From assembly GCF_006345805.1 (NCBI RefSeq), contig NC_042998.1, positions 54,374,001 to 54,438,000 of the forward strand: a stretch of DNA of 64,000 nt. The letters run 5' to 3'. Every line of letters starts with the position of its first letter. Position 1 is the stretch's first letter. The translations under genes and the position numbers were made by a program. Origin of the DNA: Octopus sinensis. Lineage: Eukaryota. Shown here piece after piece: positions 50,202 through 64,000 of this stretch. The notes beneath the pieces were generated by a model. It saw only the letters and a list, made by a program, of their open reading frames with translations. It searched no databases and had not been told where the DNA came from.

Positions 50202-50729
50202 ATGATAGGTGACTGACTGATTGCTTTCAAGCAGAGACCATTAGTAGAAGTCATGTTCATTAGTGGAAGTCACATTCCTTTGTATCAACTTCCAAACAAT
50301 CTTCTTGATATTGTAAATATAGCTATAAATAATAATAACAATAATAATAATTGTAGTAGTAAAAACGTGGAAAACTCAGAAACACAACACACACACACAC
50401 ATACATACACAGTAATCATATGTAGATAAAATGGTACAGCCATTGTAGCATATGTCAATTAGGGAATGCATTGGTAGAATTTATTCAGTTCACAGAAAGT
50501 CAAACGCGGAAACTAAGTTCCTAAAAGCTTCTATTCAACATTTCTTTTCTATAGCAAAATGAAATTTAAAAGAAAAAATAAAGGAAGATTGCTGAGTTAT
50601 ATCATTAAAAGATGCATTCTTCTATAATAAATGTTATGCTTTTCCAGGAGGGTGGCCTACAAAGTTTTTTTCTATGGCTATAGTTCTATAAATACAGACA
50701 AAAGTATTTAAGAAGAAATGTTAAGAAAT

Positions 50730-51880
50730 AATAATGATAACGATAATGGTTTTGAAAATTTTTGACACAAGACCAGCAATTTCAGGGAAGGGGATAAGTC
50801 AGTTACATCGACCCCAGTATTCAACTGGTACTTATTTCATTGACCCTAAAACATGAAAGGCAAAGTTGGTGCCAGCGGAATTTGAACTCAAAACATAAAA
50901 ATGAACAAAGTGCCACTAAGCATTTTACCCAGCATCTACTTGATTCTTCCAGTTCACTATATCATCATCATCATCATCATCATCGTCATCGTTTAACATC
51001 CGCTTCCATGCTAGCATGGGTTGGACGATTTCACTGATGTCTGGTGAACCAGATGGCTTCACCAGATGCTTTTTACGTGCCACCTGCACTGGTGCCAGGC
51101 GAGGCTGGCATCGGCCACGGTCGGATTGGTGCATTTTACGTGCCACCTGCACGGAAGCCAGTCGAGGCGGCACTAATAATCCTTTCAACTATAGGCAAAA
51201 GGCCTGCAATTTGTAGGATGAAGATAGTCGATTGCATCAACCCCAGTACTCAACTGGTACTTATTTCATCGACCCTGAAAGGATGAAAGGCAAAGTTGAC
51301 ATCAGTGGAATTTGAACGCAGAAAATAAAGACGAATGAAATGCCACTAAGCAGTTTGCCTGATGTGCTAACGATTCTGACAGCTTGTTACCTTAACAATA
51401 ATCCTTTCTATTACAGGCACAAGGTCTGAATATTTGTGGGGAAGGGGACAATCATTCATATTGACTCTAGTACTTGATTGGTACTTAATTTATCAACCCT
51501 GAAAGGCAAAATCATCCTTGACGGAATTTGAACTCAGAACTTAGTGAAAGATGAAATACTGCTAAGCCTTTCGTCTGGCATTCTAATGATTCTGCTGGCT
51601 CACTGCCTTAATAATAATAACAACAACAACAACAACAACAACAAAAACAACAACAACAATAATAATCCTTTGTACAATAAGTAAAAGGCCTGAAATTTGT
51701 GGGGAAGGGAAAAGTTGATTATGTTGACCCCAGTGCTCAAATGGTACTTATTTTATCAACCCCACAAGGATGAAAGGCAAAGTGGACTTCAGTAGAATTT
51801 GAACTCAGATTGTAAAGATGGCTGAAATGCTGCTAAGTATTTTGCTCAGTGTGCTAATGATTCTGCCAGTGCACTGCCTT
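50730..51880 (-). mobile_element. Head-to-tail chain of four SINE family C copies, with an RTE-tail element at ~50960-51172
   Basis: ggtactta.tt..at..accc..aa..gatgaaaggcaaagt.gac....ggaatttgaac recurs about four times, separated by (AAT)/(AAC) tails. Confidence 0.85.
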
Positions 51881-51999
51881 ACGATGATGACAATAATACT
51901 AATTTCCTGTACTAATTGGTGCATCAGGAACTGTGAGTAATGATATAGACAAATGATTGAAGGAGATTGGAACATGATGTCCTGTAGAGCTTCCCACAT

Positions 52000-52345
52000 A
52001 GGGTGCTGGTTCCGGGGTCAGTCCCACTGATTGGCACCTTGGGCGTCTTCTAGTATAGTCTCAGGCTGACCTAAGTCTTCTGAGTCGATTTGGTAGATGG
52101 AAACTGAAAGAAGCCCGAAGCCCATTCTATATTTTATATGTGTGCGCATGTGTGTGTGTATGTGTGTGTGTGTTCATATTTGTGGTTGTTGTCCTCCACC
52201 ATCACCACCACCACCACTTGACAACCAGTGATGCTGTGTTTACATTCTAGTAACTTAGTGGTTCAGCAAAAGAAACTGATAGAAAAAGTGCCAGGCTTTA
52301 AAAAAAATATACTGGGGTCAATTCATTTGATTAAAAATTCTTCAA
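52000..52345 (+). mobile_element. SINE family A copy
   Basis: ggttccggggtcagtcccactgattggcaccttgggc...ggaaactgaaagaagccc. Confidence 0.75.
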
Positions 52346-53119
52346 CAGCATTCTCAAGATTAAAATGAGTGAAGGATAAAAGGTAAGCATTTTGTGCAGT
52401 GTGCTAATGTTTCTGTCGAGAAGAGTGCAATATGATAAATAATGAATAGAGATTGAGTCTGTTTACTGAATTGAATAATATTTTGACAGGACGTCTGTCT
52501 TCTTCAAAATGAAATATGAAAAATACTTAGAAATACAGAAATTCAAAATTTGAAGCAAAATATCCTACATTGCTTTCCAGACAAAATGACGTTATCAGGT
52601 TTTGCTTGTTCATAACCAGTAAGAAAGAAAACGAAGAAAAAATGGAAATGGAGAAGGAAGAAAAACAAACAAAAAAGCAAATAGGATAAAGAAAACTCTG
52701 ACAAAAAGTTTTGTGTAAATGTGATAGAATTCTTCTGTCATTTTGTTCCTTCCTCCAGGAGATGATGCTAGTAAGTCACAAATATATTTCACCACCAGCA
52801 TTTTGAGGACTGAAAGTGCAGCAGAGTCAGAATATTTCCTGAGAATAAATTTTCAGGAGTTCCTCAAATGTATAGCTATTTGATGTAAAATGTTAGGCAA
52901 GTTTTGTCAATGTACTTGACTTCATACCTATGTCCACTGAATCTTTTATTTCATTTTTCTGTTGTGCAAACCATCATAAATTGAGTTGCATTTGTTGCAC
53001 TCAGCTGCATACACCAAATGATAATAGTTACAGGTCCCATTTTTTGTATAAATTTTAACATTCCTGTTATGAGGTGAAACAAATGTACCAATGTAAGGTA
53101 AATCAATTAAAACAGAGAA

Positions 53120-53735
53120 CATTAAATTTGATCCAGGTACTTCTCAAGCATGACATGCTGTGCTTGAGATGACTCATCAAGCCAAGTGAAACCATGGTCG
53201 TGGCTGACGCCAGTGACATGTAACAGGCACCCATGCTGGTGGCACATAGAAAGCACCTTACGAACATTAGGCATCATGGAGGTGATAAGTGACTGAGAAC
53301 TTTGGCAATAAGCCATGTCTGGGAAGATTCATCAAGCCAAGAGAAATCATAGTTATGGCTGATGCCAGAGTCACATAACAGTCACCTGTGCTGGTGGCAT
53401 ATAAAAAGCACCTTTTGAACATTGGGTCTCGTAGAGGTGATAAGTGACTGAGACCTTTGGCGATATGCCATGCTTGAGAAGGCTTGTCAAGCCAAGGGAA
53501 GTCATAGTTGCAGCCAACGCTGGTATCATGTAACCAGCACCAATGCTAGTGGCACATAAAATGCACCCATTACACTCTTAGAGTGGTTGGCATTAGGAAG
53601 GACATCCAGCCATAGAAACCAAGCCAAAACAGACTGGAACCTGGTGCAGCTCTCCTGCTTACAAGTTTCAGTCAAACCATCTAACTCATGCCCGCATGGA
53701 AAGCAGAAGCTAAACGATGACAGTGATGATGATAA
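53120..53735 (+). mobile_element. RTE 3'-UTR-type element with ~125-bp internal repeats and shared tail
   Basis: Three repeats of catcaagccaag.gaaa.catagt...gtggcacata.aaagcacc are followed by cacccattacactctt...gcatggaaagcagaagctaaacgatga. Confidence 0.75.
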
Positions 53736-54169
53736 TATAATGAAATCAGAGAATTAAAACAAAACCACCCACACACATACTTAAGAGTAGGGAAAATGGT
53801 AAGATATAGTGTACACAACTGAAGGAGGAAATTTTAAAAAGTGTGCTGCTGCAGAATCAGAGTTCTATTAAAAGCTAAACTCACTGCAAGAAATAAGATA
53901 ATAGAACACTAGAAATAAAACAATGTATACATATACAAGACATATCAGTTAAAAGTTACAGCTTTTAAAGCTATACTTTAAATGCAACTTTAAAATGAGT
54001 AACTTAAAGAAATTGGACAAAAGACAAAATAGGAAACTACTACAGCTTTCGGAAACTACCACCTTAAAAACCAAAGAGACAGGAAGACAAGAATACACAT
54101 GGTGGTATAGCAGAAGATCACATGAAATTGGTGATGATGATGGCAATAGTCACAGAAGTGCTGATAAAA

Positions 54170-54739
54170 TTAGGTTGTCTGGAAAGTTCGTGCCAATTTT
54201 TAAAGGAGAGAAAAAGGTCAATAAATACTTGCCATTACATTTCATTTTTAATCAACAAAATATGAACCATTTTGTTGCACAATGCGTCTCCATCTTTCCT
54301 TTAACTTGAAAATACCTCTTCCCAGAATTGAGGTGGTTTCATGGCAAAGAATTTATCGAGGTATCTTTTTACGTCATCCAAGGAATTGAAATTTTTACCA
54401 TTAAGACTATTCTGCAGAGACCTGAATAAGTGGAAATCCGAAGGAGCAATATCTGGTGAATATGGAGGGTGGAGTAACACATCCCAGCCGAGCTGCAGCA
54501 ATTTTTGTTTGGTTCCCAAAACGTCAAGAGCCGAAAATGAACTTTCTTATCTTCCATTTTAAAGGGTTACAGAATTAACACAGGTTATAGGAACATAAAA
54601 CTTCTTCCACGAAAAGATAGCTTAAACTGTGCTCTAAATGGAGGTGTAGTCAAATCCTATTTTATGGACTCGAGCATGTTCTAAAATAAGTTGAAAGGTA
54701 AGTTACTATAAATCGGCACAAACTTTCTGGACAACCCAA
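54170..54739 (-). mobile_element. Internally deleted mariner (570 bp) with both TIRs
   Basis: TIRs ttaggttgtctggaaagttcgtgccaattt and aaatcggcacaaactttctggacaacccaa|TA. The minus strand encodes MEDKKVHFR joined to TKQKLLQLGWDVLLHPPYSPDIAPSDFHLFRSLQNSL. Confidence 0.92.
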
Positions 54740-55654
54740 TAGTTACAGACGGTAAGGAGCTGTATGTTTCTGGTGACAGAATTCCCAGACTTGTTTTGAT
54801 TCATTACTTGGGTCATTTTCTTTACTGGTATTGTTAATACTTTTGGAAAAGGTAGAAGTATTCCAATTTGAATTTTCCCTCCCTTGAAATTCTCAGGCTT
54901 TATGCCAACATAACTATTATTAAAACAACATTATTTTGGCAAGTAATCCACAAACATCTTTAATATTTCTCGATATATATTTATTCACTATAATAGCGAG
55001 AACAATATTTATGACCAAGGCCAACCAGCAGGACATTTTGTTCTATTGTTGTTACTCATGTTATTTCATATATTATGTACTGGAACAATCTACAAGCTGG
55101 TTTACAGTTTTAACTAATGTATTGTAAGTTGAGGTTTCCTTTGTGTATCTGGTTCCATAGATTTGCACATGATGTATGCTTGTTTGAAGCAAAACTGGTT
55201 AAATTTAGCTCTCAAACAAAATAACATTAAAATACATAAATAAATTGAAAATATATGATAAGAAATGCTAAGTCATAATGTGAAAATTCAGCATTTTATA
55301 TTAATAAATAGATTAATGTTCAGCTGCAGAAATCTGCATGATTCACATGTGGTCGACTTACTCTTTCTCCCTTAACCTCTCTTACTTTCACGATACATAT
55401 GTACTCATAAAAGCATGATTATGGAAATGATTTTTATAAGTTTATTTGGCATGGTTTTATTACTACACATGCTTAAAATTGATCAATGTTGTGTGTTTTT
55501 TAAATCTGATAGAAACTGTGTGGAAATCCGTATTTCTGTCAATTTATCTACATATCTATCTATAGATAAATACACTGATATACATACATATATATTTTAA
55601 GTTTCCCTCTCCTTCATTAGGCTGTTATTTATATTTATATATATATATGTGTGT

Positions 55655-55941
55655 GGAGGTGCAACGGCCCAGTGGTTAGGGCAGCGGACTCGTGGTCGTA
55701 GGATCGTGGTTTCAATTCCCAGACCGGGCGTTGTTAGTGTTTATTGAGCGAAAACACCTAAAAGCTCTACGTGGCTCCGGTAGGGTGTGGTGATCCCTGC
55801 CGTACTCTTTCACCACTCTTTCTCTTACTCTTTCTTCTGTTGGCCTGTTCGCTTAGCCAGCGCGGCGGCGTCATTCGAAGGCTAAAACAATGCAAAGCGC
55901 ATTGTGACCAGCGATGTGTAGCAACATCTGATGGTCACGTG
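55655..55941 (+). mobile_element. tRNA-derived SINE family E
   Basis: ggaggtgcaacggcccagtggttagggcagcggactcg...gtttcaattccc; same head as 17418-17720. Confidence 0.82.
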
Positions 55942-56115
55942 ATATATATATATATATATATATATCTGAGGAAGTGCCTCTCCAATGTCTAAAACTGCAA
56001 ATATTACATGATTTTTCTTAATTTCCGTGTAAACTGGCATTGCAAATGAAGATGGCATGGAAACATTTGTAACCTATAATTAAAGATGTGTTAATGAATT
56101 TTCTTTGTCTTCACT

Positions 56116-56146
<31 letters not shown>

Positions 56147-56329
56147 TCAGATGAATATGGTACTTAAGTTGAGGCACAATAATTTAGTACAGTATTATCC
56201 ATACGATTTCAAAATAAGATGATGAAAATCAAAACAAGCAACAAGGATATCCAGAGGTAATGCAGTACAATCATTTTAAGCAGCTCCATTTAATTGAACA
56301 ATGCAATCATTACATCAATTTGAATGCAG

Positions 56330-56569
56330 AGCAATCCTCAACTGCATAAATCACTTGGATGGAAAAAAGTATGTATTCTGCAGACAAGATCAATACAATA
56401 TTGGAGGAGTATTTTGAAACAGGGGCCTTGCAAGCCTACCAGATAGATGGAAGAGTATTGTAGAAAATGAAGGAGAGTATATTTTAGATTAAAAAAGAAC
56501 TTTGTTTATCTTAATTTTGAAAAATAAAAGATGTATCAAAAAAACCACATTACTTATGGGATGACCCAA
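56330..56569 (+). mobile_element. Mariner 3' fragment with right TIR
   Basis: Residual NHLDGKKY...LASLPDRWKSIVENEGEYILD* followed by cattacttatgggatgacccaa|TA. Confidence 0.65.
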
Positions 56570-56589
56570 TATATAGATATATATGTGTG

Positions 56590-56623
<34 letters not shown>

Positions 56624-57111
56624 CATCTTTAATTTTACATTTTAAATTAAGTTTAGTATATTAATTCTAATTAATATATTAATTTAGAAATTTATTCCTG
56701 TATATATAATTTTTTCATCTTTTCATTTTTAAATGTTTTTCCCTTTATATTTTTTCCATATATATATTTTTCCATATGTTTTTTCATATCTTTTCATATC
56801 TTCATTTGTATTTTACGCATAACATTCACCTGAATTTTTGTCATTTGCATTAGTTTCCATTCATCTCTTAATCATCTTCTTCACTTGGATATATATATCT
56901 CTTATAATGTTATATTTTCTTTTCATTAGTATATATTTTTTTCTGCATTTGTATATATTTTTCATTTATATAAATATATATATATATTAGACGTAATTCA
57001 CATTTAATTCTTAATTAATCATGGCTTAAATTGCAGGGTTCAATGAGTTTATTATTTATACATCTGTTTAGTTTGATATACTTTTACACAGGAATTTATT
57101 TATAAAGATAG

Positions 57112-57392
57112 TGTTGCCAGCATCGCCTGGCCCCGTGCCAGTGACACGTAAAAGCACCATTCGTTCATGGCCGTTTGCCAGCTCTGTCTGGCACCTGTGC
57201 AGGTGGCACGTAAAAAACACCCACTACACTCGCGGAGTGGTTGGCGTTAGGAAGGGCATCCAGCCGTAGAAACACTGCCAGATCTGACTGGGCCTGACGA
57301 AGCCTTCCAGCTTCACGGACCCCAGTTGACCTGTCCAAACCATGCTAGCATGGAAAGCGGACGCTAAATGATGATGATGATGATGATGATGA
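57112..57392 (+). mobile_element. Short element with RTE-shared tail
   Basis: cacccactacactcgcggagtggttggcgttaggaagggcatccagc...catgctagcatggaaagcggacgctaaatgatgatg. Confidence 0.88.
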
Positions 57393-57627
57393 TAAAGTTA
57401 TAAACGGGGGATAGGTGGACCTGAAGATTGGGGTTGTATATAAGGGGAGGTTCTTTAAGAGACTACGTGCCTCAGGAACATAGTATACAACCTCATGAAA
57501 CATGTGTAGTCATAAACTTTGAAAACGAATAGTAAGTATTAAATATAATATTCTATGACATGGTTGAATTTGTATTCTGATTTGTTGAATCTTATGGGGA
57601 TTTCTGTCTCTAATTGATACTTTGATA

Positions 57628-57810
57628 TCATCATCATCATCATCATCGTTTAACGTCCGTTCTCCATGCTAGCATGGGTTGGATGGTTCGACCGGGGATC
57701 TGGGAAGCCAGAAGGCTGCACCAAGCTCCGGTCTTATCTGGCAATGTTTCTACAGCTGGATGCCCTTCCTAAAGCCAACCACTCCGTGAGTGTAATGGGT
57801 GCTTTTTACG
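57628..57810 (-). mobile_element. Short element with RTE-shared tail, minus strand
   Basis: catcatcatcgtttaacgtccgttctccatgctagcatgggttgg. Confidence 0.85.
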
Positions 57811-58499
57811 TATATATATATATGTATGTATATTCATGTGAAGCTATGTTTGTGTGTGTATGCATGTCGTGTTTCTATTGAGATACTCATGCTATTATTC
57901 ATATCCTGTTGCTTACAACTCCAATGATTAGAGATCAATAATAATAAATACCAGACTTCAAAATAAGTATCAGTGTCAATCTCATCAAATAGACCCTTAA
58001 AGGTAGTGTTCCAGCATGGCCACAGTCCAATAACTGAAACTCATAAAAGGATAAGAGAAAATCCTAAATATTGTGAAACCAATGGCAAAATCTATTACTT
58101 GCTTATAAAGGAAATCATAATTTAGAAACATCTTTTTTCCATTTCTGTCCAGTTTTCCAGGTATTTTTCATATACTTTTTTTGTACATCATATGCTTTCT
58201 GTTTTTGTTTAAAACCCCAGGTTGGCTTTGATCTAGCAAACATATTATCTTGGCATTCCAGTTATAACCAACCCATCTTATTTTCAGATAATGTAGCCAG
58301 GACTATTTTAAGATAGGAAGTGAGGCTTGAGGAAAATTTGGCTGCTATTTCTAACAGGTTAAACAACCAGGTAAAGCCTCTCTTGATAACTTTTTAAAAT
58401 TTCTGCTTACTGGTACAACATTCCCAGTAACTAATATTATTTACAATAATTCTATTTTACTATTCCCAGTTCCAATAAACATTTGCCATGAATATAACA

Positions 58500-58877
58500 G
58501 GCACAGGCACGGCAGCAAGGTAAGAAGTTTGCTTCCCAGCCACATGATTCTGAGTTCAGTCCCACTGCATGGTACATTGAGCAGGTGTTATCTACTATAG
58601 CCTTGGGTTGACTAAGGCCTTGTAAGTGGATTCAGTAGATGGAACTGAAAACAGCCTGTCATGTATATGCATGTGTGTGTGTGAACACATGTGTTCATGA
58701 TTTTTTGTTTGTCAACTGGTGTTGGTATGTTTATGTCCCCATAACTTAGCAGTTCAGCAAAAGAGATCAAGATAAATGCTAGGTTTGACAAAATTAAATA
58801 CTGGGGTTGATGCATTAGACCAAAATTCTGCAAAGCAGTGTCCTAGCACAGAAACTGAAACAAGTAAAAGATAAAAG
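58500..58877 (+). mobile_element. SINE family A copy
   Basis: ccacatgattctgagttcagtcccactgcatgg...gaaactgaaacaagtaaaagataaaag. Confidence 0.75.
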
Positions 58878-58907
58878 AAAATGAGATCAACTTGAATTTA
58901 TAATTAA

Positions 58908-59127
58908 CCCTTTAGCATTGAAACTGGCCATATCTAGCCCAAATATTCTCTCTGTTTTTCGCTCAAACTGGCTATATAGGGCCTCTCACACTAACACTAC
59001 AATGTCATTCTAAAAATAAATACTCACATCAGTGAATTCTTGAAGCTACAAGATAATGTAGGATTAATTCAAAATAATATGAATAAATAAGCATCACTTT
59101 TGACAGAATAATCTAAATTCTAAAGGG
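58908..59127. mobile_element. piggyBac-type MITE with TTAA target site duplication
   Basis: TTAA|CCCTTTAGCATT...AATTCTAAAGGG|TTAA. Partial relatives lie at ~11440-11615, 18330-18490 and 28620-28790. Confidence 0.85.
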
Positions 59128-61004
59128 TTAAACTACTGAATTGCACAGAATCATAAGTTCAGGGCATAAATTCTCTTTTCTATAACTGAGAGACAATTTT
59201 TACATGGGAGAGGCTGCTGGTCTTGTGTAAATTACTATTTACAAGGAAGCCTGGTATGCGTTTGCAGCATCAAGATACCAGGTTGTGGATTTTGCTATTG
59301 TAATCATCATCATCATTTAATGTTCTCGTTCTGTGTTGGCATGGATTGGATGGTTGGACAGTTTGACAGGGGATGGCCAAGCAGAAGTCTGCACCATACT
59401 TCTGTGTTTGTTTTGGCTTGGTTTTTATGGCTGGATGCTCTTCCTAACACCAACCACCCTGTAGAGATGGCTGAGTGCTTTTTATCTCACACCAGCACAG
59501 GCAAGGTCAGTTTTGGCATGGTTTTTACAGCTGGATGCCCTTCCAAATGCCAACCACTTTACAGTGTGGACCGGATGCTTTTCAAGTGGCATCTGTACTG
59601 GCAAAGTTACCAGGTAATCTTACAAGACAGGGATCTTTGAGAAGAGAGGACAAGGGAGGAGGTGATCTTGTGTAAGATGATGAATGGTTTGAGTGTAATG
59701 TGTTTAAAAAATATTTTCTTTAAAAAAAAATTCTAAGAAACTTCTCATTTTTCTTTGACTTAGTTTTAATTACTTATAACTTCATTTAATTTCTCTTAAT
59801 TTATTCAGTTATAGTATTTCATCTTCCTCCTTTACCTTCCTAACATCTCCTGCTAGTAGCATTACCCTATTTACTTACTATATTATTCTCACTTATTGCA
59901 GATGACCAATGATGGTTCTGTAATTTTGTGTTGTCCAACCTGCACAAATGGTTTGTTTATAGGCATCAAATGTTTGGACACTACACCAGCTCATTCTTTC
60001 CATCAAATTGGCATTGCCTGTACAGGTGATGGTGTGTTAAACATCAAATGTTGAAGTGATTGCAGAACAACAGGAAATTAAGCCTTTCGCTCAGTTCAGG
60101 AACTGAAACCACAATCTCACAATCATGAGTGTAACACTCTAACCATTAGGTCATGCACCCTCTAGATTCTAAGAAACCAAGTATATTATCATATACCAGT
60201 ATATTCGGAAAAGTCATTGAATGCTTTGGCATGCAATGGTAACATAATTGAAATGGCTAACAACACTAGAGGCTAAAATTGATTAAAACTAGGTGCAATC
60301 AATTATTAAGTGTTAAGTTAATCTGGGTCAAGATAACACTGTTATTTTCAGAACTTCTGAATATATAATGTGGATGAAACCTTAAATGATTATATGGTGT
60401 AATTAGCCTAATGACTACTGTGTTAGATGGCATTATCTCTAATGTTGTGGCTATTGTTGTTTAACCCCGGGCCTGTCCTTAAAAAGTAGGCATATGATCA
60501 GGCTGAGACTATCAAGTCGTTTTATCTTCAAACATGGCTGTGGTTAAGAAACTTGTTTTGCCACCACTTGCTTTTCAGTTCAGTCCCAGTGTACCACCTT
60601 GGTCAAGTATCTTCTGCTATAACCCTGGACCGACCAATATCTTGTAAGTGAATCTGGTAAGTGTGACTATGAGGTTAAGAAGTTCCATTGCAATACACTT
60701 TGGGTAAGTGTCTTCTCCTATGACTCTGGGGCAACCAAAGCTTTGTGTGTGTATATATGTTTGTTTCTTTGTCTTGCCATAGCATGTTTGTTGCAGAGAA
60801 ATGGCATTCATTTCCAATGTACTGAAAAAACATGCCCAGCTATGATGAAATATTACCTTGCTTAGAAACAAGTAAAGGTTAACAACAGGAAGGACACCCA
60901 GCTGTAGAAAATCTACTTCAATAAATGCCATCCAATTCTTGCAAGCATGAAAAAGTGGGCATTCAAACAATGACAACAACAATGATGATGACGACGACAA
61001 CTAC

Positions 61005-61077
61005 AAGGAGGAGGAGGAGGAGGAAGAGGAGGAGGAGGAGGAGAGGGGGGATGGGGAGAGTGAGGGGAGGAGGAGGA
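61005..61077 (+). repeat. (GAG)n / G-rich purine tract
   Basis: Direct read. Confidence 0.9.
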
Positions 61078-64000
61078 TTGTTATGATGAGTCAGATTGAA
61101 CTTCTTAAAACTGTCAAACTTGAAACCTGGTCATTATCTCATTATGGTAATATGTGAGATAACAGAAAAAAATTACCACTAACGGGAGCCCAAATCTGAG
61201 CATAATGCTGTCAACTTATTCCACTTATATATCGATGTCTTATTAAAGTTAAAACTAATCTGAGAATAGGAAATAACACAACAAATCATGCTTCCAAACA
61301 AAGCTGTTGTTTTCTGAAGCAATGTATAAAAAATCTAAAATCCAAAAATTCAAAATGTGGAGGACCATAGTTGTTAGAATTCTGGGTTTCAGAGGTTCAA
61401 CTTGTAATTACAATCCCATAAGGATGAAAGACAGTGCTGAATACAATATTCGAACACAGAGGCATGGAATACCAAACTAGATACCATTAGACGTCTATAA
61501 AAGTTCTCCTGCTCTTTAGCATTCATCTTCCCCATACAGGAAATGCAAAATTTGGAAAAGAAATAACTATCTTGATAACCAAATAGTAGAAAAAAGATTA
61601 AAAGCATCTCTTCATTTTAAAGAAATATAGATATTACAGTTATAACAATAGGGTATCAGACCACGGAAGTAAATCTGTGGAGTTGAAAGAAAGATGCACA
61701 TATACATTCTTTAGATTACAAATTTCAACACCTGACATCAGTCAATAATAGATGACTTCTGACTTCTTTTGGAAATAATGTAGAAATAGTGGAACTACAT
61801 TTCATTCATCATATATTAATAGAGACAGAAGATAGCTTAAATGTATGCTATATTTATGCAGCATTTTCGTCTACTTAAATACTGATAACGGCTCTCAGTC
61901 TTCTGGCTAAGATTTCACAGTGTCTGATAGGAATTGCAAATAAATAACAAAAACAATATTGCAAATCTTCTATTATTTATTCAAATCAATTTCCTAAACA
62001 AATTTTGTAAGTAATAATAGTTTTCTGACTACATTGTGTGTATATCTTGTGTTAGGGATTAACATAACTTTCCAGTTTCTCACTGATATCAGTTACACTA
62101 CATTACCATATAGTTTCTCACAGATTCTTGTTTAAATAAGAAATTGGTATTCAGGTTTGCTATATTTCAAGAGATCAAACCTCAGCTTATGAGCCATGAG
62201 CCAAACACAACTCTCAAACCTTTATGTGGCTCCCAAGATCATATTGGGCTTCAGTACTATTTTTTTTTTTTTGTAAACAGATTGAACCTTTTGATACCAA
62301 CCCACATGAAACTGCCCTTGGGTGTATGTTACATAATTTTTCATTTTAAAGTGATCTAAATTAAAACCTTTCATCAAAATTTCATATTCATTTACGCTTG
62401 AAACATCAGATTATTAAAAACGAAGTTAATTTACAAAATTCTTCATTATTATCAAAATTAATTGAAATAAAGGCAGTGTGTATCAACAGAAATATGGTAA
62501 CAAAAGAGTTAAAATCCTAGTCACCACATTTTAAATATTAACAACAAGAAATTGAGAATTCAACAAAAGCCCTCAACAAGCAGAAATGGATTAATCTAAT
62601 TTAATGACTAAAACAATATCATGATATATCTTTTTTTATTTGTAAATATCATTTTAAAAATATATGTTGCAGAACCTGAATGTGAAATAAAAAGTATATG
62701 TGGAGCTTCTTATCAAATAATTTGACCACCTTTGCTATATTTTATGGCAATTTCCCTTTGTAGTTAGTTTAAATGCACCTGTCCACATACAGGAGTGTGG
62801 CAATATAAAGTGTACCAGATACATAACTGAAATAAAGGTTTATGACATTGTGCATTTTCTAACAGCAGTCACAGTATTTATTTCTAATTTTACCAAAACC
62901 ACAATGCATAAGACTTCAAAGAACAGCTTGTGGGTGATTTATCTAAAACCCAGTACTTAATGGGGGGAAATCTATAACATAAAACACATAAGTCAGATCC
63001 CAAATATAGAATATAAGATATTCTTATGTTAGTGTATTATTTCAAAATTGTTTTTTTAAATATTGCTTTATGAACTTATTATATATAATATTCAGTTTGA
63101 AGGATATCGCCATGAAGAAGCTTAATTCCTCTCCTTCAATAAACAACACAGATATAATAACATTAAACAAAAATATTTTTTTTTTAAATATATAAATAGA
63201 TAATATCTACTCAATGTGATGCAAAGAAATATGCTGACAGCAAATATTAAATCTTTTGTTTTTGTATATATGAACATAATATGATGTCAGCTTAAAACAT
63301 AAATATTGATTGTTTACAAAAAAAACCAAAAAAAAAACAAAAGACTAAGAAGATATATATTATTCCCCACCTCCAAAACTGCAGGGAGAACTGATCCCTA
63401 GAAACAATATAGATAATTCTTAATGTAAGTGTATTTTAACATGACATTTTAATACTTTCTTCTTGATCAGTAGAGAAAGATCAATAAAACATCATTTAAA
63501 ATTTCGAAACAAGTCCCAAATAACTCTTCAAATATGAAGCATGTTCTTTTGAAATAATTTTTTTCCCCAGTTTCTACTTCAGTAGTCCCAGTTATTTACA
63601 CTATCTCTCGAATTTCTAACTACAGATAGATGATGGGAAACCAAGGGAGTTTTATGATAAATACAGTAATTTGTTTTGTTTTTTTTTTAAACAAAATATG
63701 ACAGACTCTGTTTTGATAAAAAGTCTCAGAGGAAAAATTGGAAAATAACAAAATGAAATAAGAGAGATTAAACTGATGGTTGTTGTTTGTGCTTGTAAGA
63801 AAAATTATCTCCCATGATGATTTTTTAAAATTATATAACATTTATGAATACACAAAAGGATGGATCTGGTTAACAAACAAGAAAAAATTTACAAAAATGA
63901 AAAATATAATACAAGTAAGAATAAGCTTTTTTTTTTTTGGTCTAGAAATACATAGACTTCATGTAAATAAATATAAATAATTCCTATTTAGCACCATATG

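Noticed and set aside
52610-52860. Protein-like minus-strand frame and a 12-nt plus-strand microexon-like motif (52759-52770)
   Set aside because: No similarity to KATNIP or other known proteins that I can recognise, and no supporting neighbouring exons.

Overview
AT-rich, microsatellite-dense animal genomic DNA. The SINE repertoire strongly suggests an octopus genome, which is an inference. The window is almost entirely intronic. Only two confident coding exons are present, both on the minus strand (47264-47087 and 31173-31008). They splice in frame and encode part of a DUF4457 repeat of KATNIP/KIAA0556. The rest is transposon-derived. It includes an R4/Dong-type LINE, a GC-rich BovB-like RTE fragment, and a young RTE whose RT carries an inserted PHD-like finger and whose 3' end is a hierarchical tandem array. 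There are also mariner/Tc1 relics, non-autonomous Helitrons, several MITEs, dozens of SINE copies from about five families, and a ~360-bp (GAA)n tract. The most striking unexplained pattern is a high density of fold-back inverted repeats inside the KATNIP introns, several centred on (TA)n microsatellites. These would form long dsRNA in the pre-mRNA. Most SINE boundaries are approximate (about +/-20 bp), and no database searches were possible.
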